From an uncultured Candidatus Saccharibacteria bacterium (GTDB lineage: Bacteria > Patescibacteriota > Minisyncoccia > Minisyncoccales > Minisyncoccaceae): a stretch of 64,000 bases of DNA. The DNA is taken from NCBI GenBank assembly GCA_965230985.1, contig OZ246399.1, forward strand, positions 46,564 through 110,563, in the 5' to 3' direction. The translations under genes were made by a program, and so were the position numbers. The notes beneath the pieces are model-generated. The model had not been told where the DNA came from. It searched no databases and saw nothing but the letters and a program-made list of their open reading frames with translations. Of the stretch, positions 18,231 to 26,956 are shown in pieces; position 1 is the stretch's first letter, and every line of letters starts with the position of its first letter.

Positions 18231-21200
18231 TTAGTAGGTTAGAGTATTTCCGTTAACAGGATAAGAATCTGCCTGAGTCTTGTAAGAGGCTAAACCGCCA
18301 GATGCAAGAGGTGTGTAATTCCAGTCTAATCCACCAACAGTTGATGTTAAAGGACCCTTTGCACCAGGAATAGAGGCGCTAAATCTTACGTTTCCACTAG
18401 TTACACCTGTCTTAACAGCTGTTGTGTCAGCCTTTACTGTAATGGTCATTGTTTGACCAGCAGTAATGCTTGGAGCAACTGATAAAGCAGTGTCGCCAGT
18501 ATCACCCTGTGTAGAATTGAAGTGTACTCTGTTGTTCCAGATAGTTACAGTCTTGTCCTGACCAATAGCGGGAGAAGTACTAAATACTATTGAAGGATCG
18601 TCATCACCGGCGCAAGCACTAATTGTGTCACCAGTAATGCTTAAGATTGTAGCTGTAGCTGTTACAGCTGAACCATCATAGAATGTTAGAGTATCACCAA
18701 CTGCCCATTTGTCAAATTCGTCTTGAGAAATAGCAGCTAACTCATTAGCTTGTGTATTATTAGCACCAGAACATACTGTTACTGTTACACCACTAATGGT
18801 TGTGGCACCGCCAGCACCATCATCGGTTGTACCAGCAGCAGATGTGTTAGCAACCTCAGCTAACATATTGCTACCATTCCAAATAGACATCTTTGTGACG
18901 TATCTGAAAGGAGAGTTATCTCCACCCTTCTCAACAGTCAAGCTGTCAAAAGTCATATCTCTACTTCCAGCAGCCTTAATGTCGAACTTAGCAACTTCTT
19001 CATATGAATTAGTACTGCCAGGGCTAACTTTGCTGTCTGCAGCTAAAGTAATAGTTGGTTCAACTTCTTCGAACCTCATAATGTTACCAACTAAAGCGTT
19101 AGCAATACTTGCGTTAGCAAATTTAGCAATACCATCATCAGCATCGATAGTAACATTAGCTCCGTCTAATACTATAACGGCTCCACTATTAGCAGTGTAA
19201 GCAGTTGTTACTACGTGCCATCCTGTTGAAGCTGAATTATCTGTACCATCTACGTCACCGTAGAAGTATACAACATCACCAACAGCTAAGGCATTGTTTG
19301 AATCTGTATCAGCATCGATTTCAACAGATGTAGGTGTTAACATTGTTACAATTTGTCCAGCTGTCCATTTTGTAATAGTAGCTCCACCATTTAATCCCAA
19401 ACCATTATCTGTTAAGCCTTGACCACCACCACCGGGTTGTGTTGTAACCATGTAGTAGCCAGGTGTTGTGTTTGTACCAGAAGCAGCTGTGGTTGTGAAG
19501 TAAATAATATTACCAACTGCGATAGCTTCTGAGCCATCATCGGCAGACGCTGTATAAGATGTACCTGTAACAGTGTCTTGAACTATAGCACCAGAACCAG
19601 AACCGATAGCATTCAATGTTCCGAATCCGATTGTTCCTAGCGTACCAGCTGTTAATGTACCAATATTTGTTGTATCAGCAGCGACAGTTAATACCTTAGA
19701 ACCATAAGCAGGAACGATTATTTCACTACCAGAAGCAAATGTGAATACTGCTGTTCCAGCAGTTACTGCAGCAGTTGGATCTGAAGCTAAACCTGTTCCT
19801 AAAAGTTTGACTTGAGCAATGTTACCATCACCCTTAATTGATCTTATTTCTAAACGATCTATTTTCATGTCTTCAACTGTAGCAGCTAACTTTACTTTAG
19901 CTAATTCAACACCAGCTAAGCCAGTTGTTAAGAATTGAGCTGAAGCTGCACCAGATGTTTCCATAGCAACAGTCAATGTACCACCTTCAACTATAGCAAT
20001 AGTTTGACCTGTGATACCAGCAGCAGCTGAAGGTCCAGCAGCAGTAGCGCTTGAAGTTGCTCCTGTTCCTGAAACACCATTTTGAAGAATCTTCGTTACT
20101 AGTGTGTCAGCAGAACCACCATCGGCAGCAGCTGTTGTTATATCAATGTATACATCAATTTGTGCAGTTGTATTTGCTGCAATGTTCAATTCTCCAGATA
20201 CTGTAAATGCATTTGCAGTAGCTCCGTCAATTACTGGAGATGTTACAGCTGATCCAATTTGTGTGCCATCAGCTTTCTTTAGTTTCAAATTCTTGAAACT
20301 TGCATCTACATCAGCAGCGTCAGTACCAGTTATAGCGATACCAATACTTGATACGTTAACACCCTCTGTTGAGTTTGTTTGTAATAAGTATGAACCGATC
20401 TTAACTTCTGATTGACCTTCTACTTTTGTACTGCTACCTAAAGAACCATTCTTTACTACAGTCAATGTACCAGCAGAAGCGCTCAATTCATTACCTGTAA
20501 TATATGCAGAGGCTGAATATGTAGCGTATGCATTGCTAGTTAATTTCTTGTAATAAATATCTGAAATTCTTCCATAAATAGTATCAGTTGCATCCATTGC
20601 GCTACCTGTGTCTACGACAAGGCTGATCTTCTTTGTTGTACCAGCAGGAATTGTGTAGTAAGTGCTCAATGTGTAAATATTTGCAGCTGTACCAGCGGCT
20701 GTATTAGCAACTAAACCAGTAGATGTAGGAGAAGCAGACCACAATGTCTGACCGTCTTCAGTTACTAATCTTACTGTTCCAGCAAGCTCATCATTTGCTA
20801 ATCCTGAACCATTGATATTAATAAATAATTTCTGAATTTCGAGAGCCTCGCCTCTAGACTCAAAATTAAATGTTGCAATGGTTGCAGTAGATGCACCAAT
20901 GCTGATTGTTCCAGAAGGAGATGTTGTAGCTTTTGAAACATACAAACTTCCAGAAGCAATAGTCATGTGGTTGAATCCAGCATTACCAGTAGCGATATCA
21001 CCGATTGGGAAGCTAGAATCGACAGAAGCTCCAGCAGTAGGAATAACATTTAATCCTGTAGAAGCTCCAGTGGCTACAACATCGTAGTCGTTCTGGATGA
21101 TGAATTGAGCGGTTCTTGAAGAACCGTTAACAACATCTACTTTAACTGATAGATCTTTTGTTAAACCTTTTGCAATCTTATAAGGAGCAGCTGTTAGATC

Positions 21201-22385
21201 AAATGTTACATATTTATTAGTTGCAGAAGCAACAGTAGATAATACTGTTCCATCTGGAGCAACTAATTTAATGTTTGTAATATCTGCATCAGCAACTGTT
21301 CCGTTCTGATAAATCTTTAAAGATTTTAAATACATGTCTTCATTGGCACCAGCAACGAAACTGAATCTCTGAATTTCGTATCCAGTTGTTCCAATGTCCT
21401 TAGAAACAGTAGCTGTTGTCAAAGATTTGACATCGGCTGTTAATGTTCCCAAGGTTGCGGTTGTGTCAACCATAGAGAAAGTATTACCGATTAGAGGTAA
21501 TCCAGTAGGTGTTCCTGACATTGCTGTCAAGTTAGCACCAACTGTTCCTGCTAATCCGTTAACACCACTTACCATGTTGAACTGAACCTGAATTACTTTT
21601 GTTGTTCCGGCAGGAACTGTAATTGGGTCATTAGCGAAAGTTACTGTAGCTACGCCATTAGCGAAAGTTACAATATTTCCATGCCTTACACCGTTTTCAT
21701 CAGCAACTACTACTCCAGCAACATTTGTGTCTATTGAAAGACCTGTTTTCTGGACTGTTAAACTTGTAACAGTTTGAGCTGTAGCTCCGGCTGAAACATT
21801 AATCTTTAATACTGGGTTGTAAGCTGAAGCTTCACCTAATGTACCAGAAGGCTGACTAGCAGCTAAAGATACAGTGTAGGCTCCTGTAGCAGGAGTTGTG
21901 GTTGTAGTAGTTGTTGAACCACTAGCAATCATAGCATTAGCCTTTGCTCTTGAAGCTGTTCCGAAGAATCCTGTTCCTGCGGCTAAGCCGTAAGGAGTTA
22001 GAACTTCAGAAGCATACTTATTTTGGAATTTTACTACTGCAGCTTTTGTCATGGCACCAAAGTAAGTTGTTTCACTTCCTTTGTTTCCGACAGAAGTTGC
22101 TGTGTCTGAATTTAATAGAATCTGTAGGTATTTTACGTTGCTACCTGTAGAACCTTGCGCTAAGTTAGTAGTAAATGTAAAACCAGCAGGAATGCCAGTT
22201 ATTGTTCCAGTTCCTGTTTGTGTGCCTGTCTGTGAACTACCAAGTAATTGGACGATCAAGGCCATAAGACCTGTAGAATCACATTCACTTAATGTAGTTA
22301 AAGAGCAAGCAGCAAAAGCTGGACTTACTACTACTGATAGAGTCAAGACTATACCAGCAACAATACCGAATTTTTTTGTACTCAT
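18231..22385 (-). CDS. Giant (1384 aa) Ala/Thr/Gly/Val-rich surface protein with an N-terminal peptidoglycan-binding domain; candidate S-layer or cell-envelope protein
   Basis: Signal peptide ending in AFA. PG_binding_1-like segment (GSNVKYLQILL...FGAMTKAAVVKFQNKY...LTP). The remainder is low in charged residues and looks beta-rich. Confidence 0.7.
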   Translation of the reverse strand: MSTKKFGIVAGIVLTLSVVVSPAFAACSLTTLSECDSTGLMALIVQLLGSSQTGTQTGTGTITGIPAGFTFTTNLAQGSTGSNVKYLQILLNSDTATSVGNKGSETTYFGAMTKAAVVKFQNKYASEVLTPYGLAAGTGFFGTASRAKANAMIASGSTTTTTTTPATGAYTVSLAASQPSGTLGEASAYNPVLKINVSAGATAQTVTSLTVQKTGLSIDTNVAGVVVADENGVRHGNIVTFANGVATVTFANDPITVPAGTTKVIQVQFNMVSGVNGLAGTVGANLTAMSGTPTGLPLIGNTFSMVDTTATLGTLTADVKSLTTATVSKDIGTTGYEIQRFSFVAGANEDMYLKSLKIYQNGTVADADITNIKLVAPDGTVLSTVASATNKYVTFDLTAAPYKIAKGLTKDLSVKVDVVNGSSRTAQFIIQNDYDVVATGASTGLNVIPTAGASVDSSFPIGDIATGNAGFNHMTIASGSLYVSKATTSPSGTISIGASTATIATFNFESRGEALEIQKLFININGSGLANDELAGTVRLVTEDGQTLWSASPTSTGLVANTAAGTAANIYTLSTYYTIPAGTTKKISLVVDTGSAMDATDTIYGRISDIYYKKLTSNAYATYSASAYITGNELSASAGTLTVVKNGSLGSSTKVEGQSEVKIGSYLLQTNSTEGVNVSSIGIAITGTDAADVDASFKNLKLKKADGTQIGSAVTSPVIDGATANAFTVSGELNIAANTTAQIDVYIDITTAAADGGSADTLVTKILQNGVSGTGATSSATAAGPSAAAGITGQTIAIVEGGTLTVAMETSGAASAQFLTTGLAGVELAKVKLAATVEDMKIDRLEIRSIKGDGNIAQVKLLGTGLASDPTAAVTAGTAVFTFASGSEIIVPAYGSKVLTVAADTTNIGTLTAGTLGTIGFGTLNAIGSGSGAIVQDTVTGTSYTASADDGSEAIAVGNIIYFTTTAASGTNTTPGYYMVTTQPGGGGQGLTDNGLGLNGGATITKWTAGQIVTMLTPTSVEIDADTDSNNALAVGDVVYFYGDVDGTDNSASTGWHVVTTAYTANSGAVIVLDGANVTIDADDGIAKFANASIANALVGNIMRFEEVEPTITLAADSKVSPGSTNSYEEVAKFDIKAAGSRDMTFDSLTVEKGGDNSPFRYVTKMSIWNGSNMLAEVANTSAAGTTDDGAGGATTISGVTVTVCSGANNTQANELAAISQDEFDKWAVGDTLTFYDGSAVTATATILSITGDTISACAGDDDPSIVFSTSPAIGQDKTVTIWNNRVHFNSTQGDTGDTALSVAPSITAGQTMTITVKADTTAVKTGVTSGNVRFSASIPGAKGPLTSTVGGLDWNYTPLASGGLASYKTQADSYPVNGNTLTY

Positions 22386-22411
22386 TTTTGTATTGTTTAT
22401 TTATTATAACT

Positions 22412-22510
22412 GTCGTTTGTCGACCGTTATGTCCGATATTACCCTTTGTCACTCCGCTTTGCTTTGTTGGGCAAAGCGGAATGACAGTGAGATAATATGG
22501 AACAAACGAC
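22412..22510 (-). promoter_or_regulatory. Long-range structured 5' leader of the giant surface protein mRNA
   Basis: GTCGTTTGT (22412-20) pairs with ACAAACGAC (22502-10). The inner hairpin at 22448-22485 is GTCACTCCGCTTTGC / GCAAAGCGGAATGAC. Confidence 0.5.
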
Positions 22511-22668
22511 TATTTTCTTTGCGAACCCCTTTCCTAAGGCTCATCCTCAAAGCATTAGCTCTGAAGATGAACCTCTTAAAGAATGGATCCGCAGAAGATT
22601 CTTATTTATTCACCTCTTTCGTATCTATTCTTTATTCACTAAAAAAATGAACAAAGAATAAAAGCGAA

Positions 22669-23421
22669 TTATTCAGTTGGTTGGATCTGATACAATATTT
22701 CTATTGCTTCACTGTACTTCGAAACGTCAAAATTCTCCTTTGCTTGTTGTAGGAGACTCTTCTGGTCTATTGTTAAATTGTTGATGTTAGCTTCAAATTC
22801 TTTAATTTCACTTTCGGCAAGAATCTTATAGAAAGTTTGATAATCTTCACTCTCATTACTCATGATTGATGCATTAGTTGTTTCTTCGATCTTTGAAATT
22901 TTAGAAACAATACTTTGAACCAATTCTGCTTTCTGACTCTCCGGAAGTTTTGATAGTTGACTAGACGCAACTGACAAAGCTTTTTGCACTTCAACTATTC
23001 CGGCAGCTAATTTCTTTCCCTGATTTTCGCTTACTTTAGAAATCCTGTCAAGTTCACTTAATCTTTGATCTGCTTGTTCAACTTTAGCAATAGCCTGAGC
23101 CTCGGGTGATAACAAGGAAATCCTCACTGATTCATATGCTTGTTTCAAACTGTATAATCTGTCTCCTGGTAAAGTTCCTTGGGCAGTAATCATGGCGAAT
23201 CCAAAAACAGCAACAATTAAACTTGATAACACTGGCATCAATACTTTAGGAGTTTCAAAGACTGTTCCAATAGTATTAAAAAATGAAGCAAAGATTGTAG
23301 CTGTTGAATTCTCTTCAAACTGCTTAGAAAGAATATTTCTCTTACTAAAAGAAACCCACTCTGAATTGGGTTTCACTGCTTTCAATGCTTCTAAGTTTTT
23401 TATAATCTTTATTTCCTCCAT
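22669..23421 (-). CDS. Single-pass membrane protein with a coiled-coil ectodomain (DUF5667-like), possible anti-sigma partner
   Basis: Cytoplasmic N-terminus, one TM (VLMPVLSSLIVAVFGFAMI), then a helical domain. It is preceded by an ECF-type promoter. The family assignment is tentative. Confidence 0.5.
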   Translation of the reverse strand: MEEIKIIKNLEALKAVKPNSEWVSFSKRNILSKQFEENSTATIFASFFNTIGTVFETPKVLMPVLSSLIVAVFGFAMITAQGTLPGDRLYSLKQAYESVRISLLSPEAQAIAKVEQADQRLSELDRISKVSENQGKKLAAGIVEVQKALSVASSQLSKLPESQKAELVQSIVSKISKIEETTNASIMSNESEDYQTFYKILAESEIKEFEANINNLTIDQKSLLQQAKENFDVSKYSEAIEILYQIQPTE

Positions 23422-23438
23422 AGTGTCTCTTACTAATG

Positions 23439-23466
23439 TAGACGTAAAAACAAGAGTTTTGTTACA
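23439..23466 (-). promoter_or_regulatory. ECF-sigma-type promoter TGTAAC-N16-CGTCTA (copy X)
   Basis: Minus strand reads TGTAACAAAACTCTTGTTTTTACGTCTA. It lies 18 nt upstream of the ATG at 23421. Confidence 0.6.
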
Positions 23467-23473
23467 GTTTGAG

Positions 23474-23704
23474 CTATTTAAGCCATTCCCCTAAAGATAT
23501 TCCAGATTGTTTGACTATTGCCTTGAATGTTCTAGGTTTTAAGGTTTTAGATCCATGAAAGGGAACCTGGACGATTCTTGGCTCATGATTACGGTTACCA
23601 GTATAGAAATAATGACTTCCTTTGGTGTAAGAATAGATAAAACCGTTTTCCTTTAAAAAGTCCTTTACTTCTGAAAATGTCCAGTTAAATATTCCTTTTG
23701 TCAT
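23474..23704 (-). CDS. hicA: HicA-family toxin
   Basis: GSHYFYTG...IVQVPFHGSKTLKPRTFKAIVKQSGI. I prefer the internal start MTKGIF at 23704; the tracked start at 23746 overlaps hicB. Confidence 0.8.
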   Translation of the reverse strand: MTKGIFNWTFSEVKDFLKENGFIYSYTKGSHYFYTGNRNHEPRIVQVPFHGSKTLKPRTFKAIVKQSGISLGEWLK

Positions 23705-23708
23705 AATT

Positions 23709-24041
23709 CTAGGCAAATACTGGAGTATTAAACGGAGCGTGCCCAAAGCTATAAACCTGTTTTAACTTTGAATCCTTTTCCGTCTTATCTTTTTCTAATC
23801 CTTTCCACATTTCCTCATATTCCTTATCAGGCTTTTGATTCAAAGGCATGGGACGCATTTTTAATCTTTGAGCAGTCTCAACATATCCTTCTATCGCTTG
23901 AAACAAAGAAGCCATTACCTCTACAGGATTATCCCCTTCTTCCACAATATTAAATTCTAATGCTACTCCATACCAAACACTGTCCTCCTTAAAGATTATA
24001 TATCTTACAGAGCCTTTATTTAATGTGTTTTTGTATTTCAT
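23709..24041 (-). CDS. hicB: HicB-family antitoxin
   Basis: WYGVALEFNIVEEGDNPVEVMASLFQAIEGYVE is HicB-like, and the gene is directly upstream of hicA. Confidence 0.7.
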   Translation of the reverse strand: MKYKNTLNKGSVRYIIFKEDSVWYGVALEFNIVEEGDNPVEVMASLFQAIEGYVETAQRLKMRPMPLNQKPDKEYEEMWKGLEKDKTEKDSKLKQVYSFGHAPFNTPVFA

Positions 24042-24110
24042 ATTTGTAGGTAGATTATACTAAAAATACTGCTAAAAGTCAATAAATCAATTAAAACTTC
24101 CTATTTAGTT

Positions 24111-24138
24111 TAGACGTAAAAACTAAACTTTTGTTACA
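24111..24138 (-). promoter_or_regulatory. ECF-sigma-type promoter TGTAAC-N16-CGTCTA (copy Y)
   Basis: Minus strand reads TGTAACAAAAGTTTAGTTTTTACGTCTA. The -35 and -10 blocks and the spacing match copy X. Confidence 0.6.
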
Positions 24139-24149
24139 TTTTTAAGATA

Positions 24150-24176
24150 TAAAAAACAAGGATTCTTTTCCTTGTC
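24150..24176 (-). terminator. Intrinsic terminator after the sigma factor gene
   Basis: ACAAGGA / TCCTTGT stem followed by a T-run on the minus strand. Confidence 0.65.
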
Positions 24177-24178
24177 TT

Positions 24179-24685
24179 TTATGCTTCTAGTATTTTCTTT
24201 AATTGCTTCATTCCTCTGGAAACTAATACTCTAGTTGCTCCTTGGGATTTATTCAGTGCTTTAGCCACTTCAGAATATGGCTGTTGCTCAATGTAATACA
24301 TGGAAACAGCAATTCGGCAATCTTCGCTCAATTGTCCCAAAGCAGCAGTAACCATTCTCATGTCATCGTTCTGGACAGCTTGTCCAGCAAGGTCTTGGCT
24401 TTTGTCCAGAATGTTTTCAGGATTGTCCAGAATAACTGGATTCTGGTCTTTGGTCCTATAATGATCAATAATCAGGTTCTTAGCGACGCGAAACAAAAAG
24501 CCTGATGGACTCTTCACTTCTTTATCAAAAGAAATCTCTTTCCAGAGCCTGGTAAAAGTTTCCGAAGTGATGTCTTGAGCTAATGCTTCATTGCTAACCT
24601 TAAAAAAAACAAAGCGATAGACTTTATCTATATGCTCGTCATATATCTGTGAAAAAAATTGTTCTTTAAATTCAGTCGATTGCAT
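24179..24685 (-). CDS. Sigma-70 family (ECF-like, regions 2 and 4) RNA polymerase sigma factor
   Basis: 168 aa. Region 2 is VYRFVFFKV..AQDITSETFTRLW...FLFRVAKNLIIDHYR. Region 4 has the HTH YSEVAKALNKSQGATRVLVSRGMKQL. Confidence 0.85.
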   Translation of the reverse strand: MQSTEFKEQFFSQIYDEHIDKVYRFVFFKVSNEALAQDITSETFTRLWKEISFDKEVKSPSGFLFRVAKNLIIDHYRTKDQNPVILDNPENILDKSQDLAGQAVQNDDMRMVTAALGQLSEDCRIAVSMYYIEQQPYSEVAKALNKSQGATRVLVSRGMKQLKKILEA

Positions 24686-24705
24686 TGTTCTTTTTAAACT
24701 ATTAA

Positions 24706-24862
24706 TGTCCAGAACCTTATCGTTCGTGTCCTAAACTGTCCTGATTGATTGTCCACAATTGTCCACGATTGTCCAGAAGTTGTCCACATTGTCCAGAACC
24801 GTGTCCAGAATGTCCAGAATAATGTCCACATTGTCCAGAACCGTGTCCAGAATGTCCAGAAT
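24706..24862. repeat. Array of 14 same-orientation TGTCCA(C/G)A-type repeats with spacing of about 10.5 bp
   Basis: TGTCC cores start at 24706, 24727, 24737, 24750, 24760, 24770, 24781, 24790, 24802, 24811, 24823, 24832, 24844 and 24853. The last 84 bp is a 42-bp unit repeated twice. Confidence 0.9.
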
Positions 24863-24871
24863 AACTTTCTA

Positions 24872-25546
24872 TCAGGACTCGCTAATTTTATAGGCCGTCA
24901 TCTTGCCTCCACCCATACAAGAAATAATTTTCATTTCCTTTAATCCTTTCAGTTCTCTTCTGATGGTTCGGGGATTCATTTCTGGGAAACATTCACTAAT
25001 TTGATTGGCCTTTAATTGACCCTTACTTTGAAGAATCTCTAAAACCTTTAATTGAACTGATGAAAGCTCTTCATAATTAAGATGTTTGACTTCCCTTTTT
25101 ACCATTTCTACTTTTTTATCTTCTTTTGCCTTTTCTTCCTTTATATTCCCCATGTTAGCAAAAACAGCAACCGATTCTTCTTTTTGTATCTCAACAGCGA
25201 TAGGTTTTTTTACTTCCTTGTCCTTTATTACACTTAGACCAAGAGAATCTTTCAAAACTTCGTATTCCCTCTCCAAAACTTCAAAGTTTCTTTCAGCTAC
25301 CCATTCCTGTTCTTTAGCAATGCTAAAATAGGTCTTAATCAGTTCTATTTTTGATAATACTTTATCCAAATACTGCTCCTTTTCTTTTGGAGTTGATGAG
25401 AGAGATTTACCCTTTACAAGGTTCGAGAAAAACATTACATCAAGGCCCTCTTTACGAATCGCAAACTTAAGGGGCTCCTCTTTAGGAAAGAGGTCGGTCA
25501 CCTTGTATAAGGCGTTTGTCAATTTAATGATGTTTTCCTCTGTCAT
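24872..25546 (-). CDS. Putative DNA-binding protein with a C-terminal winged-helix HTH
   Basis: The C-terminus LKVLEILQSKGQLKANQISECFPEMNPRTIRRELKGLKEMKII is wHTH-like. The N-terminus LYKVTDLFPKEEPLK resembles four-helix-bundle (S23-IVS-like) proteins. I prefer the start at M13. Confidence 0.55.
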   Translation of the reverse strand: MTEENIIKLTNALYKVTDLFPKEEPLKFAIRKEGLDVMFFSNLVKGKSLSSTPKEKEQYLDKVLSKIELIKTYFSIAKEQEWVAERNFEVLEREYEVLKDSLGLSVIKDKEVKKPIAVEIQKEESVAVFANMGNIKEEKAKEDKKVEMVKREVKHLNYEELSSVQLKVLEILQSKGQLKANQISECFPEMNPRTIRRELKGLKEMKIISCMGGGKMTAYKISES

Positions 25547-25619
25547 AGTCCATATTATATGGTAATGAAAAAGAAAAGTCAAACCAAATAAAAAACGGCC
25601 TAATTATTTAAAAAAGTCG

Positions 25620-26138
25620 TTATTTTTTGCTGACATCAACGAAGAAATATTCCTTCCCGCCAATAGTAATTTTTTCGACCTTGGTTTTGTCGATTTTACC
25701 AACAGGACAATAGCCGGCCAGAGGAATACCATTGCCCTTTTCTAAAACACACATTCCCCTAGCTCCTCCACCGCCAGAAATTTCTGGTCCGCAGATAAAT
25801 CTTCCTTGGCTGCTCCGATTAAGAAATTTACAAAAAGGATATTTCACGATAATTCTTTTTTCGTCAATCCAGATAGCAGGATGTTCTCCTCTGGCTTCTT
25901 TCTTTTGAAGAAACATCGTTATCGCTTCTTCTAAAGAATTAACCCCTAAGACAAGGTTTGTGTCGACAATAGGACAAGAATCAGTTTTGATTTTTTCTAG
26001 AATCAAATTCCTTTTTTTGTCGTATTCAACAATAACCCCAATCCCACCAACCTCAACAAATTTAGTATGAAGAAAAGAAGAACTCTCTCCTTCAAAAATT
26101 CTTGTGAGTCTTTCTTTTACGGGTATGTCAATATACAT
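25620..26138 (-). CDS. Hypothetical Cys-containing protein (172 aa)
   Basis: ORF with its own promoter-like TTGACA and SD (GGAG). No family recognised. Confidence 0.5.
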   Translation of the reverse strand: MYIDIPVKERLTRIFEGESSSFLHTKFVEVGGIGVIVEYDKKRNLILEKIKTDSCPIVDTNLVLGVNSLEEAITMFLQKKEARGEHPAIWIDEKRIIVKYPFCKFLNRSSQGRFICGPEISGGGGARGMCVLEKGNGIPLAGYCPVGKIDKTKVEKITIGGKEYFFVDVSKK

Positions 26139-26280
26139 CCATAATCACTCCAAAATGTTGTTTTTTGTCAAAGTTCAAACACAATCCTCCTTGTTTTTAA
26201 TAAGAATAAATTGCAATCGTGAGTATATAACAAAATTATAGGTTGTCAATAAAATAACTCAAAAAATTTAAACAAAAATA

Positions 26281-26556
26281 CTATTTATATAAATTATTAT
26301 GATTCCCTAACGTTAAAAAAACAACAACATTTCCGTCGTCTCTAAAAATAGCACGCCAATCACCTGTTATATTTATACTTCTGAGTTGAGAATACTTTCC
26401 CCTTAAAGAATGATTATTAAGCAAAGGATTGAATTTATTAACCAAAAAAAGATTAAATTTGTCTTCGAAATTTCTTTTAATTAATAATGGCGAAGAATTA
26501 AAACGTTTAATAAAATTTTTATTAAATTTGATTTCCATACTTCCTGTTTTTGTCAT
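26281..26556 (-). CDS. RelE/YafQ-type mRNA interferase toxin
   Basis: LNNHSLRGKYSQLRSINITGDWRAIFRDDGNVVVFLTLGNHNNLY fits the RelE/YafQ pattern. Confidence 0.7.
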   Translation of the reverse strand: MTKTGSMEIKFNKNFIKRFNSSPLLIKRNFEDKFNLFLVNKFNPLLNNHSLRGKYSQLRSINITGDWRAIFRDDGNVVVFLTLGNHNNLYK

Positions 26557-26815
26557 TCAGCCATTTTATAGCATCTTTAGCATTATTAAAAGATGGGGAA
26601 ATATTTCCCTCCTTAGCTTCTTTATCAGCCTCCTTGAGCTCATTAATTAGCCAATCTGATGGTTCTTCTAAAGAAATATGTATTTCTTTTTCTATTATAA
26701 ATTTCCTTAAATAAACATTTAAAACATCACTTAAATTAAGACCCATCCGATTAGCTATTTTTTGAGCTTCGCCCTTTACCTTTTTATCTGTCTTAAAATT
26801 AACTATTGTGGTCAT
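26522..26815 (-). CDS. RelB/DinJ-type antitoxin
   Basis: MTTIVNFKTDKKVKGEAQKIANRMGLNLSDVLNVYLRKF is a DinJ-like RHH. I prefer the start at M19 of the tracked ORF. Confidence 0.7.
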   Translation of the reverse strand: MTTIVNFKTDKKVKGEAQKIANRMGLNLSDVLNVYLRKFIIEKEIHISLEEPSDWLINELKEADKEAKEGNISPSFNNAKDAIKWLNDKNRKYGNQI

Positions 26816-26834
26816 ACGCTTTATATATACTTTA

Positions 26835-26851
26835 TATATACATTGTATATA
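26835..26851. promoter_or_regulatory. Palindrome TATATACA-T-TGTATATA overlapping a TTGACA-16-TACAAT promoter of the dinJ-like operon
   Basis: 8-bp arms read directly. The -35 lies at 26864-26869 on the minus strand. Confidence 0.5.
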
Positions 26852-26956
26852 TAAATAAAAATTTGTCAAGCTGTAAAAGAAAACGGCCTAAGCCGTTTTA
26901 AATATCTTTATTGATAATTTTTCTTAAATATTATTAAGATATTCAATATCTAAAAA

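Noticed and set aside
24706-24862. The TGTCCA(C/G)A array as the chromosomal replication origin (oriC), since several units match a DnaA-box variant.
   Set aside because: Genes on both sides are on the same (minus) strand, so there is no strand switch. No dnaA or dnaN is nearby, I see no obvious AT-rich unwinding element, and all boxes point in one direction. I keep it only as one hypothesis within the finding. GC-skew analysis of the whole genome would be decisive.
24706-24862. The same array as a CRISPR array, and the tracked plus-strand ORF 24749-24943 (VHIVQNRVQNVQNN...) as a gene.
   Set aside because: A period of about 10 bp with no spacers is incompatible with CRISPR. The ORF is simply a translation of the repeat and runs antisense into the wHTH gene.
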